From Fimbriosthenelais zetlandica (taxonomy: Eukaryota): a stretch of DNA of 64,000 nt. A model generated the notes under the pieces. The model was not told the origin of the DNA. It saw only the letters and a list, made by a program, of their open reading frames with translations, and made no database searches. How positions within the stretch are numbered: position 1 is the first letter of the stretch; each line of letters opens with the position of its first letter. The stretch spans positions 8,556,001 through 8,620,000 of the forward strand of contig OZ365115.1 in assembly GCA_977030845.1 (NCBI GenBank). Direction: 5' to 3'. Below are positions 30,185-43,395 of the stretch, in pieces. Both the position numbers and the translations under genes were made by a program.

Positions 30185-30378
30185 CCCTTTTTACGGTTAA
30201 ACTTCCGGGCCCGGCTATCGACGGGGCTGCCACGCCAGATGAACGGCGAAACCTGGAACCCTGGATCATGCCCATGATCCGGGTCTCATTTTTAGTTCCC
30301 TTACTCACCGTTCATCAGACGTAGCAGCACCGTCGACAGCTGCGCCAGGAAGTGCCGGAAGTTTAACCGTAAAAAGGG
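30185..30378. repeat. Perfect 24-bp inverted repeat with 146-bp spacer
   Basis: CCCTTTTTACGGTTAAACTTCCGG (30185-30208) is the exact reverse complement of CCGGAAGTTTAACCGTAAAAAGGG (30355-30378). Confidence 0.95.
30309..30360 (-). other. Probable short first exon of an unidentified minus-strand gene (5' boundary approximate)
   Basis: Consensus donor CG|GTGAGTAAG on the minus strand at 30309/30308 inside the promoter; downstream exons not resolved. Confidence 0.4.
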
Positions 30379-30627
30379 CAAAACATTCATTTCAAGATGG
30401 CGAACAAAATGATAACAATGGATTTTAACATTCGGGAAAAGTGGAATTACTTAGCCGCAAGGATGTTTTGAGTTCTTAAAATCACGGGAATAGTAGAAGA
30501 GGGTAAAATAGTCATGTCTGTTTGGTCAATGTTAATACTAATCGTTCTATTTGACAAATATCGTTCATTGTCGTCCACGCCGACCATCTCAAGACTCATC
30601 CCGCCCCGCCCTCCATCTCGCCCTCTC

Positions 30628-33193
30628 TCATGTTAACTCCATTTTACAATTCGCTGTGGAATTTATCGCAGTTTCAGCAGACTTTGATGGCTGATTATGC
30701 TGCTTTTTCATGTGCCAGTCTAGGGAAGATTTCTGCCTGCATGTATAATCACACAGTTGGCATGCCACTGGTTTCTCATCTCGGTGAATTAGCATGTGAT
30801 TTTTGAGATGAGTTATCCTCTTAAACTCTTTGTTACATCCAGGCCAGGTGCATGGATTGTATTGTACAGGGCCATGAGAACTGCTTTTATGTTTACTCAG
30901 GTTGCCTTTTTTCATACTTTGACCACAAATCTCACAACACACAATGTCTGAATCATGCACGTGATGTATGTGCCTGTTTAACCTAAGCTTATTCTTGAAC
31001 TTTTTATGACACTCAGTACATTCTACTTCAAATTGCCGACCTTCCTCGTGACGGTTGAATTTATGTTCCCTCATCAGTATCAATGTACCAAATGCCATGC
31101 CACAAATCTCACATATCACGTCCTTCTTGGGCTTCTCAGTCCCATGTACTTTGTGCATGTGCTGGAGTTTGGCATAATTATTGCTGAAAAATCGGTGACA
31201 GATCATGCATGTTTTTGCAAGCCGAACTTCACTAGCTGTTGATATGTCAGTCATCAGTGGCTCACCACGCTCATGCAATTTTTCAGAGCTGCCCTCATTC
31301 AGAGAACATTTACCTCCTTCCATTTCCTCATCAACAACATTAGTTAGGCACTGTTCATATATGGCTTTCCATCCAGGATCTTTTCCTGAAAGACTATGCT
31401 TCAGATTTAAGTGCACTCTTAGTTTAGAACGTTGGACCCTTTCACTGCAGATTGTACACCCAACAGTTTTAGCTCCGTGATTTCTGCGCAAGTGATCTGT
31501 CATGTTCTTTAGATTCCTCATATTTTTGTAGCACAATGGACATTTGTAGTCAGCTTCCTCATTGACATGTACATTTTTAATATGTCGCGTGAGGGTAAGA
31601 TTATTTTTTAGGACTTTGTCACAATGGGGGCATTTTATTTCAGTGCCTCCCGTGTGTAAAACTAAAACGTGACGCCTCAAAAGGGGCGCAACGCCAAAGG
31701 AGGCTCCACAGACATCACAGCAGTGATCTTTGGTTGGCTCCTCAGCACCATGCTCTTTATGCATGTGTTGAAGTTTGCTGTATTCATTACCGAATGATCT
31801 TTCACAAACAGTACAAGAGTGAATAGGTTTTCGAGCCCTCTTCAAAGCAGTAGGCCTACCATTTTTGTGATTAGGTTCTGTAGGCGTATAAGACGGAGGT
31901 GACTGAAAATTGAATTCCTTATTTTCTGTTTGGGAACTAGGTTCACCTGAAGGATTTTCAGAGGCATTTTGTACCATTTCCTCGTCAGCTGCAACAACAT
32001 TAGCCAGGCACTGTTCATATATGGCTTTCCATCCAGGATCTTTCCGGTTCATATCATGATTCAATTTCAGATGCACTGTTAGTTCGGAACGTGGAATCCT
32101 TTCATTACAGAGTGTGCAACCAATAGTTTTAACTCCATGGATTTTGCGTATGTGGGCATTTAAGATTAAGTGGTTCCTCATATTCTTGTAACACAAGGGG
32201 CATTTGAGTTCCTCCTCCTGTTGCTTATGTAGCCTCCCAATATGCCGCCTCAGAGATAGATAATTTTTAAGGACTTTATCACAATGTGGGCATTTAACTT
32301 CAGTGTCTTTCTTATGTATTACATATATATGACGTCTTAGACAGGAAGCAGTGCCGAAGGAATTCCCACAGATATCACAGGAGTGATCTTTGGTTGGAGC
32401 CTCAGCACCATGCTTTTTATGCATGTGCTGAAGTTTAGTGTATTTTTCATGGAAGGATCTCCCACATACATTACAAGAGTGCAGTGGTGTCCGAGACTTC
32501 TTCAGACCGACAAGATTTCTGTGAGTATGGCTCATATGCATTCGTAAGGCTTTCCTATTCTTGAAGACATTATTGCAGTGGCGACAATTTATTTCTAAGC
32601 AAGTATTTTTACTTTCAGATTGATCCTTTTCTGCCTCATCCTTCAGCCACTTTGAACACATCCGAAGTCTCATCTCCGTTCGCCCTTCTGATGGTCCTCG
32701 TGCTGAGGTTGGATCTTCATAAGAAGGATCATCACGATCAGAACAATTCGAGCTGCTTCCCTCAGATTCTAAATCATCTAGTTCATCTTTAAATGAACTA
32801 CCGGTGTCATCTTGTGTAAGTACTGAATCCTCATCACAACTATGGCCTTCAGTGATGACTGGGGATATTGCATCAGAGCTGGTATTAATACAGGGCTTCT
32901 CATCATCTATTTCCTTCATATCAGCATCTTCAAAACCAGATTGAAGCTGAACAAGTGAAGAGGTACACTGAGGAAACAACATTGATGCATGACACACAGC
33001 AGCAGCAGGTGAATCTGGGATTGGGTTATGAGCAGGGAATGTATCATGACCTTGCATTGTCAAGTGATGTGTTGGAGAAAGATGCCCATTCTCTCGTTTA
33101 ATGGTGGCCCCAGTGTAATTGATGGTAGTTTCGTCCGCCCTTCTATTCAAATCGTTCGCAGGTCGGGGCACATCAGGCTTCTGGTCAAAATCA
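30628..33193 (-). CDS. U1 C2H2 zinc-finger terminal exon, ~17 fingers (1+5+5+6)
   Basis: Acceptor TTCTCTTTACAG|T GAT TTT GAC CAG at 33193; open to TGA at 30628; length 2566=3n+1; ends CRQKSSLDWHMKKQH. Confidence 0.92.
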
Positions 33194-33804
33194 CTGTAAA
33201 GAGAAGGGGTGAAAATAGTTGGTCAAGGGAGTGTCAATAATTAAAGTGAATGTTTATTTCCGGATACTTGATATCAGGTTCAACATATGTAACATATTTT
33301 CTAAAGAGACCTTTACCTGACACTAAGATTATCTTCACTGGGAAAGAATGCAAAATGTATAGGGTACATACAAATGTATAAGGTAAATGTCTTCTCTGTC
33401 TCCATCGATAGGCACAATATTCACATTCAAGTGGTTGTCAAATAAGGATGTCAATGTGATATTTCTCTTTCAATGTTTTATTAAAGCCACGTAGAACTCA
33501 GAACACAGTATGTTTCATGAACCATTATTGTCATATATATTATACTTAGGCTATAAAAATGTTTTGTAGTTTTAACGTTTTGCCATGCCTTGTTTAGACA
33601 ATTATTTTTGAATCCACAGAAGGTATTCAGTACACATTACTTATTGCATACTTAAAACTAGAACCCAATATAGATGGACCTAATAGTCTAGTAGTCCATT
33701 CAACCAAATGTCCATAGCACGAGTTAGCTTTTATCATTATTACCGGTACGACACCTAAAACTCTACTTTGGAAAAACCATGTTTAATTTTGAATTTATCA
33801 TTGT

Positions 33805-35800
33805 TTATGCTGTGAAATTTGTTACAGTTTCAGCGGCCTTTGATGGCATATTATGCTGCTTTTTCATGTGCCAGTCCAGAGAAGATTTCTGCCTGCAAGT
33901 ATAATCACAGAATTGGCATGCCACTGGTTTCTCATTTCTATGTATTAGCATGTGAGTTTTCAGATGAGATGAGTATTTGAACATTTTGTTACAGCCAGGC
34001 CAAGTACAAGGTCTATATTTTACAGTGCGATGAGCAGAGCTCCTATGGTTACTCAGGTTGCCTTTTCTCACACTCCGTCCACAAATCTCACAACACACCA
34101 TGTCTGAACCATGGGTCCGGGTCAGGTGCTTCTTTACTGCATTCTTGTTCTTGAGTTTTTTATGACACTCAGGACATTCTACTTCATGGCCTTCCTCGTG
34201 ACGGTTGAATTTATGTTCCCTCATCAGTACCACTGTACCAAAAGCCATGCCACAAATCTCACATATCACCTCTTTCTTGGGTTCCTCAGTCCCATGTGTC
34301 TTGTGCATATGCTGGAGTTTGGAATAATTATTGCTGAAATATCTGTGGCAGATCATGCATGTCGTCGCAAGCCGAACTTCACTAGCCGTTGATATGTCAG
34401 TCATCAGTGGCTCACCACGCACATACAATTTTTTATTTTCTGGGTCAGAGCTACCTTCCATTGGAGCATGTTCAGCTGAATGACCTCCCATTTCCTCATC
34501 AGGTTCAACAACATTAGCTAGGCACTGCTCATAGATCTCTTTCCATTTTGGATCCTTTCTACCTGAGAGAACATGGTTCAACCTCAGGTGCACTTTTAGT
34601 TTGGAACGTAGGACCTTTTCACTGCAGAGTGTGCACCCAACTGTTTTAGCTCTGTGAATTTTGACCAGGTGGCCGGTCAGGTTTATGTGACTCCGCATAT
34701 CTTTGTGACAAAAAGGACATTTGAAGTCCCCCTCGTCATTTGTATGAACATTTTTAATATGTCGCTTGAGAGTAAGATAATTTTTTAGGACTTTCTCACA
34801 ATGGGGGCATTTCATTTCAGTGCCTCCCGTGTGTAGAACGAAGACATGACGCTTCAGTTGGGAAGCAACACCAAAGGAGGCTCCACAAACATCACAGCAG
34901 TGATCTTTGGATGGCTCCTCAGCACCATGCTCTCTATGCATGTGTTGTAGCTTAGTGTATTCAGTTTTGAATATTCTTCCACAAACAGTACAAGAGTGAA
35001 TAGGTGTCCTAGACTTCTTCCCACCAGCCACCTTTTTGTGGTTATGTTTCATATGTATTTGTAAGGCTGATTTGCTCTTGAAGACTTTACTGCAGTGGCG
35101 GCAATGTATTTCTAATCTGTGATCCTTATGACTTGTACGTAAATGACTTTTAAGTTCTGAAAGACCATCAAAAGATGTTCCACAAATTCTACAGGAGTGA
35201 TTTTGTGATATTTCATTTTCAGATGGGACATTTTTAGCCCGGACCTTCCCCTTCATTGAGCGCATCCTACTTCCTTTCTTCGTTCGTCTTTGGGATTGTC
35301 TTCGTCTGGCACCAAGACCTGAAGTTACACCTTCTTTAGAAGGATCGTCATGATCTGAAGAGCTTGTGAAACTACTTTGGAATTTCAAATGACCTATTTC
35401 ATCATTAAATGAACTTCGATCATCTTGTATTGTCTCTTCATCAAAACCTTGGCCGTCACTGTGGACAGAGGATACTGCATCAGAGCTAGCATTAGTTCCA
35501 GGTGTCTCTTCTTCTGCTTCCTTCATGCCAGCATGTTCAGAACCTTTGAGAAACTGACGTGCAACAAGTGAAGAGGTACACTGAGAAAACATCATTGATG
35601 CAGGACGACTTCCAGCCGCTGAATCTGGCCCTCGTGGGTTTGCTCCATGAGGGAAGAATGTATGATCCGGCGACACATCCGGTGACACATCCTCTTCTTT
35701 CACAGTAATGCCAGAGTTCTTAATGACATTGACAGTTTCCTCCTCACTTCTAGCCACGACAGTCGCTGGCGGGACAACTTTATTCTTCTGGTCAAAATCA
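33805..35800 (-). CDS. U2 C2H2 zinc-finger terminal exon, ~13 fingers
   Basis: Acceptor CTCGCCCTCTTTTTACAG|T GAT TTT GAC at 35800; 1996=3n+1; AATAAA on the minus strand at 33477-33482. Confidence 0.92.
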
Positions 35801-35959
35801 CTGTAAAAAGAGGGCGAGAGAAGAAACTGTCACTGAGATTATAAATTATGATTGCAAACGTCCATTTTTGTATACTTGTTATCAACGAAAAGATTGACAC
35901 TTTTATTTAAATAATTGTGCTACAACGATTGTCACAATGTTTAGATCTCTGTGTATAAA

Positions 35960-36055
35960 TAAATGGTCAAATTTATGTTTCCATTTGAATGTTTTATTAC
36001 AGCCAAGCCAACGGTCTGCGACTAATACATTGTCTCTTCTTATATCACTGAGATA
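35960..36055 (-). pseudogene. Decayed relic of the penultimate finger of a U11/U12-like exon
   Basis: Translates RWLGCNKTFKWKHKFDHL versus U12 PWPNCHKTFRRKLHLENHL; no acceptor or remaining body. Confidence 0.6.
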
Positions 36056-36203
36056 AGCTTATTTAAAATTCAACGAATAGATCTTACAATACATTAAATT
36101 TGAATTCCGTACCCTTTGTAAACACCATTTATTGTCTTAGTACCCAGATGAGGTATTAACAAGTTGAAATAATGCAGGCGAGTCCCCCATTAATTGGTTG
36201 TAG

Positions 36204-36698
36204 TGCGACTACCCCACCATCGGCAAAACTGGGAACTAACAGTTAATGCTAAATCAATGGAGCATCGCTCGGAATTTTCAGACAGCGTTTTTTAGATTTA
36301 TGAAAGCACCTACATCAACCAAAATTGAAATCCGTCGGTAAATTTTCATGAGGAATTCATTGCATGCAAAAGATTAGGGTTACTATGTCTGAAAACTTGT
36401 AAACAGCGAGAGACTGGAAGCGGTGTTGTGAGCGATAATAGGGGATTTGGCCGACGGATGGGAACGAACATAATATATCAAAGATGACCGTCCGTTGGCG
36501 CCTTCGCGACCTATACGGCAAACGAAGGAACTAAAATTTAGTAAATTTCGGCCCCATGCGACTACCCCACCACCGGCAAACTGGGAACTAATGGTCAATG
36601 ATGGGGCGTCGCTTGGAATGTCCAAACGGAGTCTGTGGATCTAGAGAGCACCCAAATGAGCCAAAACTAAAATCCATCGGTAGAATCTCATGAAGAAC
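36204..36698. repeat. Two ~150-bp imperfect direct repeats (36204-36356, 36557-36698), probably a transposon-derived insertion
   Basis: Both start TGCGACTACCCCACCA..GGCAAA(A)CTGGGAACTAA and end AAATCC.TCGGTA.A.T.TCATGA.GAA; no counterpart seen in other spacers. Confidence 0.7.
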
Positions 36699-37482
36699 AG
36701 AGCTACACTTTTATTTGCTATAGCATAAAGATTTTTAGAGACTTCAAAATTCCAATCAGCTAGCTTTTACCAATATCGTCCTGTCAGTGTAAGTCTATAT
36801 CCATAACCATAGCCCTCACAATGAAATTTATAGATGCACCAACACATCATATCTGTCAAAACAGGGACAACCTAATACATGTACAATACAAAGTAAGATA
36901 TTCTTACAAAGTATAAGAATTGAAGGTAAACAGGCCAACACAAACACGTAATATAGCATATTATTAGACAGGGGTTCATGTTTGAATAGTTGAGTATTAA
37001 TCCAAACAAACTTCTCAATGACCCATTATTTATATATTCTATATACCACTACATCCATTTTTAGATACTCCAAATTCATTAAATTACTTATTTTTCACTA
37101 AAATTTCCTTAATTTCCGCGTATAGCTTAATCTTTACATCATCACCAAATCTTCCATAACTTCCACCTAGCCTAATCTTTTACTACACTATGTTACAAGC
37201 CACATTCATTAAGATAGGAAATATGCAGAGGTAAACAGGGCAGAAAAGGAGCACAGGTGAACTATATGTATAGACCTACTCAGATTGATTGAGACGATTT
37301 ATATATATGCATGAAGAACATGCATTCCTTCTATACTTAGTATATACAGAACTTCCATATATTTATTTATAAGAGAACAAGTAAATAATATGATCGAACC
37401 AATGGTGAATATTATGATAGCAATGATATGATAATAATCATTGACCTCCAAGACAAAGAGCTTAACTTGTTAAATGTTTTAT

Positions 37483-39955
37483 CTACATGTATGTATCATT
37501 GTTCAAAGTTTCAGCGGCCTTTGGCGGTAGATTATGCTGTTTTTTCATGTGCCAGTCCAGGGAAGATTTCTGCCTGCATGTATAGTCACAGAGTTGGCAG
37601 GCCACTGGTTTCTCATCTGTGTGTGTTAGCATGTGAAGTTTGAGATGAGATGAGGATTTGGAAACTTTGTTACAACCAGGCCAAGTACAAGGTCTGTACT
37701 TTACTGGGCCATGAGAAGCGGCTCTATGTTTACTCAGGTAGCCCTTTCTCACACTCCGTCCACAAATCTCACAGCACACCATTTCTGAGCCATGCTTCTC
37801 AACCAAGTGCCTGTTTAACCTTATCTTATTCTTGAGCTTTTTATGACACTCGGGACATTCTAATGCTTGGTGTTCCTCATGTCTGTTGACTTTATGTTCC
37901 CTCATCAATATCGCAGTACCAAAAGCCATTCCACAAATGTCACATATCACCTCTTTCTTGGGCTTCTCTGTCCCATGTATTTTGTGCATGTGCTGGAGTT
38001 TGGCATATTTATTATTGAAAAATCGGTGGCAGATCATGCATGTTTTTGCAAGTCTAAGTTCACTAGCTGTTGATACGTCAGTCTTCATTGGCCCACCACG
38101 CACATACAATTCTTTATTCTGTTGTTGAGAAGTTCCTTCTTTTGGAGCCCGTTCATCTCGATCTTCTCCAATTTCCTCATCACGTTCAACAACATTAATT
38201 AGGCATTGTTCATATATGGCTTTCCATCCAGGGTCTTTCCTTCCTGAAAGACCATGGTTCAGCTTCAGATGCACTGTTAATTTGGAACGTGGAACCTTTT
38301 CACTACAGAGTGTGCAACACACAGTTTTGACTCCATGCATACTGTTAAGGTGGGATGTCAAGCTTAAGTGGTTCTTCATCTTCTTGTAACATAAGGGACA
38401 TTTGAGCTCACCCTCTTCCTCCTCCACATGTACATGTTTAATATGTCGCCTAAGTGTAAGGTGATTTTTGAGAACTTTATCACAATGTGGGCAATTTACC
38501 TCATTGCCGGCCTTGTGTACAACATAGACATGACGCCTAAGATTGACAGCAGTGCCAAAGGAAGATCCACAGATATCACAGCAATGATCTCTGGATGGCT
38601 CCTCAGTACCATGCTCTTTATGCATGTGTTGAAGCTTAGTGTATTCATTATTGAAAGATCGCCCACAAATATTGCAATTGTGTAGAGGGGACTGAGACTT
38701 GTTAAATCCTGTCACATTCCTCGGAATAAGTTCTGTATTTGATTTATGTGATTGAGATTCTGAATCCTTATTCTCTGGTTGAGAACTCCCTTCACTTGGC
38801 ACCAGTTTGGCAGAATTTTCTCCCATATTCTCATGATGTTCAACAACATTACTTAGGCTCTGTTCATATACGTCATTCCATCCAGGATCCTTCTTGCCTG
38901 AAAGACCATGGTTCAACTTGAGATGCATTGCTAATATTGAAACTGGAATCCATTCACTGCAAAGTGTGCATCCCACCGTTTTAACTCTGTGACTTTGGCG
39001 CATGTGGTCTGTTAACTCTGTATCGTTCCTCATATTCCTGTAACACAAGGGACATTTGGGCTCTTTCTCTGCCTTTTGGACATGGACACGTTTAATATGG
39101 CCTGCCAGAGTGAGACGATTTTTGAGGGTTTTCTCACAGTGGGGACATTTAACTTCAGTCCCTGTATTATGTAGTACATACACATGGCGCCTGAGAGTGG
39201 ACGCAATGCCAAAGGAGGCACCACAGATATCACAGCAGTGATCTTTGGTAGGCTCCTCCCCACCATGTTCTTTATGCATGTGTTGAAGTTTACAGTAATT
39301 GTTATTGAACAGTCTCCCACATACATCACAAGAGTGCACAGTTTTCTGAGACTTCTTCAAATCTGCATTACTGTGTTTTTCTCTTATATGCCTTTGTAGG
39401 GCTGATTTTGCCTTGAAGTTTTTATTGCAGCGGAGACAATTAATTTTTCGATCCTTCTGGAGCCTTGAAAACATTCGAATCCCCAGCGTTCTTCGCCCGC
39501 CTGGAAATTCAGCATCAGGAGCAGAGTTTGCACCTTCATAAGGGGGATCTTCAGGGTCTGAGAAATTGGAGCTGCTCGCCTCAGATTTCAAATCTAGTTC
39601 ATCTTTAAATGATCTATCATCCTGTGTAAGTACTGACTCCTCATCAAAATCTTGGCCCACATTTCTGGCCGAGGGAATTGTAAGACAAGGCTTCTCATCT
39701 TCTGTATCGTTTATGTTAGCATCTTCTAAACCTTTGAGAGATTGAGATGGAACAAGTGAAGATGTACACTGAGCTAACATCATTGATGCATGACGCGCTG
39801 CAGCAGCTGCATCTGGTCCACGTGGGATTGGGTTATGAGCAGGGAATGTATGATCCGGCAATGTCAAGTGATGTGGTGGGAAAATGACAGTTTCCTCCTC
39901 CCTTCTATTCACGACAGTCACAGGTCGGGGAACTTTATTCCTCTGGCCAAAATCA
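37483..39955 (-). CDS. U3 C2H2 zinc-finger terminal exon, ~17 fingers (1+5+5+6)
   Basis: Consensus acceptor at 39955; 2473=3n+1; AATAAA on the minus strand at 37362-37367. Confidence 0.92.
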
Positions 39956-40154
39956 CTGTAAAAAGAGGGCGAGAGAAGAAACTGTCACTGAGTGTTTAAA
40001 TGATTGTAGCAAAGGTGTTTTTGGATGCTTGATATCAGATTCATTTATAATTTGACTAAAGGCTACGTGATACAACACATCAATGTTGTTCCCCATATGC
40101 AAGATGCCAATGAACATATTATCTCTGAGAGCAAAGGAAAAACATAAATCTAAA

Positions 40155-40280
40155 TTGGTGTTTTCCAGTAGGCCTACCAATATTGGCAATGAAGTGGCAG
40201 ATCTCTTTAAATGAATCTAAATTTTTTTCAAAGCGATGTTTCCATTTGAATGTTGTATAACAGCCAGGCCAAGGGAATGG
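40155..40280 (-). pseudogene. Decayed relic of the 3' end of a U11/U12-like exon
   Basis: Translates PFPWPGCYTTFKWKHRFEKNL versus U11 PCPWPDCHKRFRRKHHLENHL (10/21 identical by eye). Confidence 0.65.
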
Positions 40281-41029
40281 TCGGCAACAAATATTAGCAG
40301 ACTGTACATTGACAGACTACATGCTATACGTTTTCTAATGTTCATGTAAAATCCATAAATTTTATTTCTCAGTGTTTTCATACACTGGTCAGATTAATTG
40401 ATGTTCAAATCTTGAATGGCTTAATTGTACATATGAACTATTTATTGAGAAATTAATATTTTCATACAAATACAACAAAATCCAGTGTACAGAGAATCAG
40501 CACATGATGACAGAAAGGAATATGGACATAGACATGTAAGACTCAAAACAATGACTCCATACAATCTCGTTCGTTGGTATAGATTTTTATGCCGATATTG
40601 AGACAGCAACCACCTCCATCAACATAACATATTTACAGAGCTATTACTCAAGAAAATGCAACAAAACTGAACAGGTTTCATTTCTTAACTAACTAGCAAT
40701 GTTTAAAATTGAACATTTCTGAACAGAATTCACTTCCAAACTATCAAAGGAAATTTCTGAACTTGTAATCTTTCATAAAAATACAACAAGAATCAGCACA
40801 TCAGCACATGATGATAAAGGAAAAAGGACATGGACATGTTAGACTGATGAAAACACATAAGCGATACAATATCGCAACACCCTCCACCAATTATAACGTA
40901 TTTTCAGAACTATTAGGCTACTCCTCAAGAAAACAGAACAAAAATAAACATAGTTAAATTTATAACTAACAATGTCAATGTTTATAATGAAAAATTTATG
41001 AACATGGTTCATGTCCAAACTATTAACGT

Positions 41030-43046
41030 TTACAAAGGGAAATTTGTCCCAGTTTCAGAAGTCGATGGCCGAGAATGGCGCTTTTTCATGTGCAAGTTCA
41101 ATTTCGTCTTCTGTCTGCATCTATAATCACAGATTTGGCAAGCCACTGGTTTCTCATTTTTATGTGCTAACATGTGAATTCTTAAATGAGATGCTATTTT
41201 GAAAACTTTGTTACAACCAGGCCAAGTGCAAGGTTTGTATTGTATAGGGCGATGAGCAGAGCTCTTATGGCCACTCAAGTAAATTTGTTTAACACAGAGG
41301 CCGCAAATTTCACAACACACCATGTCTGAACAATGCATACGGCGCAAGTGCCGCGTTAAACATTTCTTATCCCGGACCTTTTTCTGACACTCAGGACATT
41401 CTAGTTCTAATCCCCGACCTACACCATGGCAGTTGTACTTATGTTCATTCACATTTCTAATGGTGCCAAAAGCCTTGCCACAAATCTCACATATAACCTC
41501 TTTCTTAGGCTCCTCAGTCCCATGTTCTTTGTGCATGTGCTGGAGTTTGTTATATTCAGAGTTAAAACGTCTGTGACAGATTATGCATGTTTTTGCAAGT
41601 ACATTTTTCTGAGATCTTGATTCCCCTGAATTTCCAGTTTTAACTCTACATTGCTTCTTTGGCCTATCACCTGGATTAGATTCCCCTGAATTTACAACCA
41701 GTTCATCTTTACCAAGAAAGTTAATTAGGCTCTTTTCATATGTCTCTTTCCATACACGATCTTTCTCATCTGAAAGACGATGCTTCAAAGACAGATGGTA
41801 TTTAAGTTTGGAACGATGAATCCTTTCATTACAGAGTGTGCAACAGATAGTTTTAACTCCGTGAACAGATCCCATATGATTTGTCAAACAATAACGGTTT
41901 ATCATGTCCTTTGAACACACGGGACATTTAACACCCTCCTCCTGGAGATGTACACGTTTAATATGACTTGAGAGACACTGAAAGTCTTTCTCACAATGAG
42001 GGCATTTCTTTACATTGTGTGCACTATCAACATGACGCTTGAGTAAGTTGTTAGTGCCAAAGCGGGCCCCACATTTATCACAGCAGTAATCTTTGGATGG
42101 TTCCTCAGCACCATGCTGTTTATGCATGTGCTGAAGTTTACCGTATTCAGTACGGTAATATATCCCACACACATCACATTTGTTAGATGAAGTACTTTGT
42201 GGCGTTTTCAAATCAATCTCATCGTTGTGCATAAGCATGAGATGGCTTTGAACAGCGTCCATGGTCTCGAACATTGTACTGCAAGAGAAACATTGATATA
42301 TGATGGGGTCCATATCAGGACAGTAGTTCTCATCTCCTCTTTCCTTCATGTCAGCATCTTCATAAGCATTCAGAGACTGAGATGAGAAGGTACCCGGAGA
42401 AAGCACACTTGATGCAGGAGCGGTTCCAACAGCTGAATCTGGTTCAAGTTTGTCTGAGTATGAATGATCTGTTATCATCAACTGATGCGGTGGATTAATA
42501 AGTGTGGAGTGTGGAGTTGCAGCTTCTTCCTGTATTCTATTTACTACAGTCAAAGGTAGGCGATCAACAGGATCCTCTGAGTCTGACTCATGTGGGTTTG
42601 GTTCATGTTTGTTGAATGTCTGATCATCTGGTATAGTCAGTAAAACGATAGTTTCTTCCTCCGCTCCCTTCACTATGGTCAAAGGTACGGGAATAACATT
42701 TTCAGAACCATTCAGAGACTGAGATGAAACAAGTGAAAAGTTACCCGGAGAAACTATGCTTGATGCAGGACCAGTTCCATCAGCTGAATCTGGTTCAAGT
42801 GAGTTTGAGTATGAATGATCTGATATCATCAACTGATGTGGTGGAGCAATGAGTGTGGAATGTGGAGATGGAGCTTCTTCCTGTATTCTATTCACTGCGG
42901 CTGAAGGTCCAGGAAGAACATCCTCTGAGTCTGGCTCATGTGGCTTTGGTTTATGCTTGAGGAATGTCTGACCATCTGACTTTGCCGGTAAAACGACAGT
43001 TTCTTCCTCCCTTCTATTCAAGTAGGGTCCAGGCAGGGGGACATCA
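41030..43046 (-). CDS. U4 C2H2 zinc-finger terminal exon, ~12 fingers, duplicated N-terminal segment
   Basis: Acceptor TCGTCGTCTTTTTACAG|T GAT GTC at 43046; 2017=3n+1; near-copy of U5. Confidence 0.9.
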
Positions 43047-43395
43047 CTGTAAAAAGACGACGAGAGAGGAAACAGGGTTCACTTCCAAACTATCAATGTT
43101 TATAAACGGAAATTTATGTACAGAGGTCATTTCTGATCAAGTAATCTTTCATACAAGTACAAGAATCAGCACATCAGCACATGATCATAAAGGAAAAGGG
43201 ACATGGACATGTTAGACCATAGAAGTGTAGGGTTAGACTGATGAAAACTCATAAGCGATACAATATCGCAACCCCCTCCCCCAATCATAACATATTTTTA
43301 GAACTATTAGGGTACTCCTCAAGAAAACAGAAAAAAAACAAACATAGTTAAATTTATAACTAACAATGTCAATGTTTATAATGGAAAATTAACGT

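Larger units (their letters stand above)
30150..30410. promoter_or_regulatory. CpG-rich promoter with mirror-symmetric ETS/YY1 layout
   Basis: CCGGAAGT ETS motif in each arm of a 24-bp inverted repeat, CAGGAAGT at 30347, outward YY1-like motifs CGGCCATTTTG (30157-30167) and CAAGATGGCG (30393-30402); GC boxes at ~30601. Confidence 0.65.
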
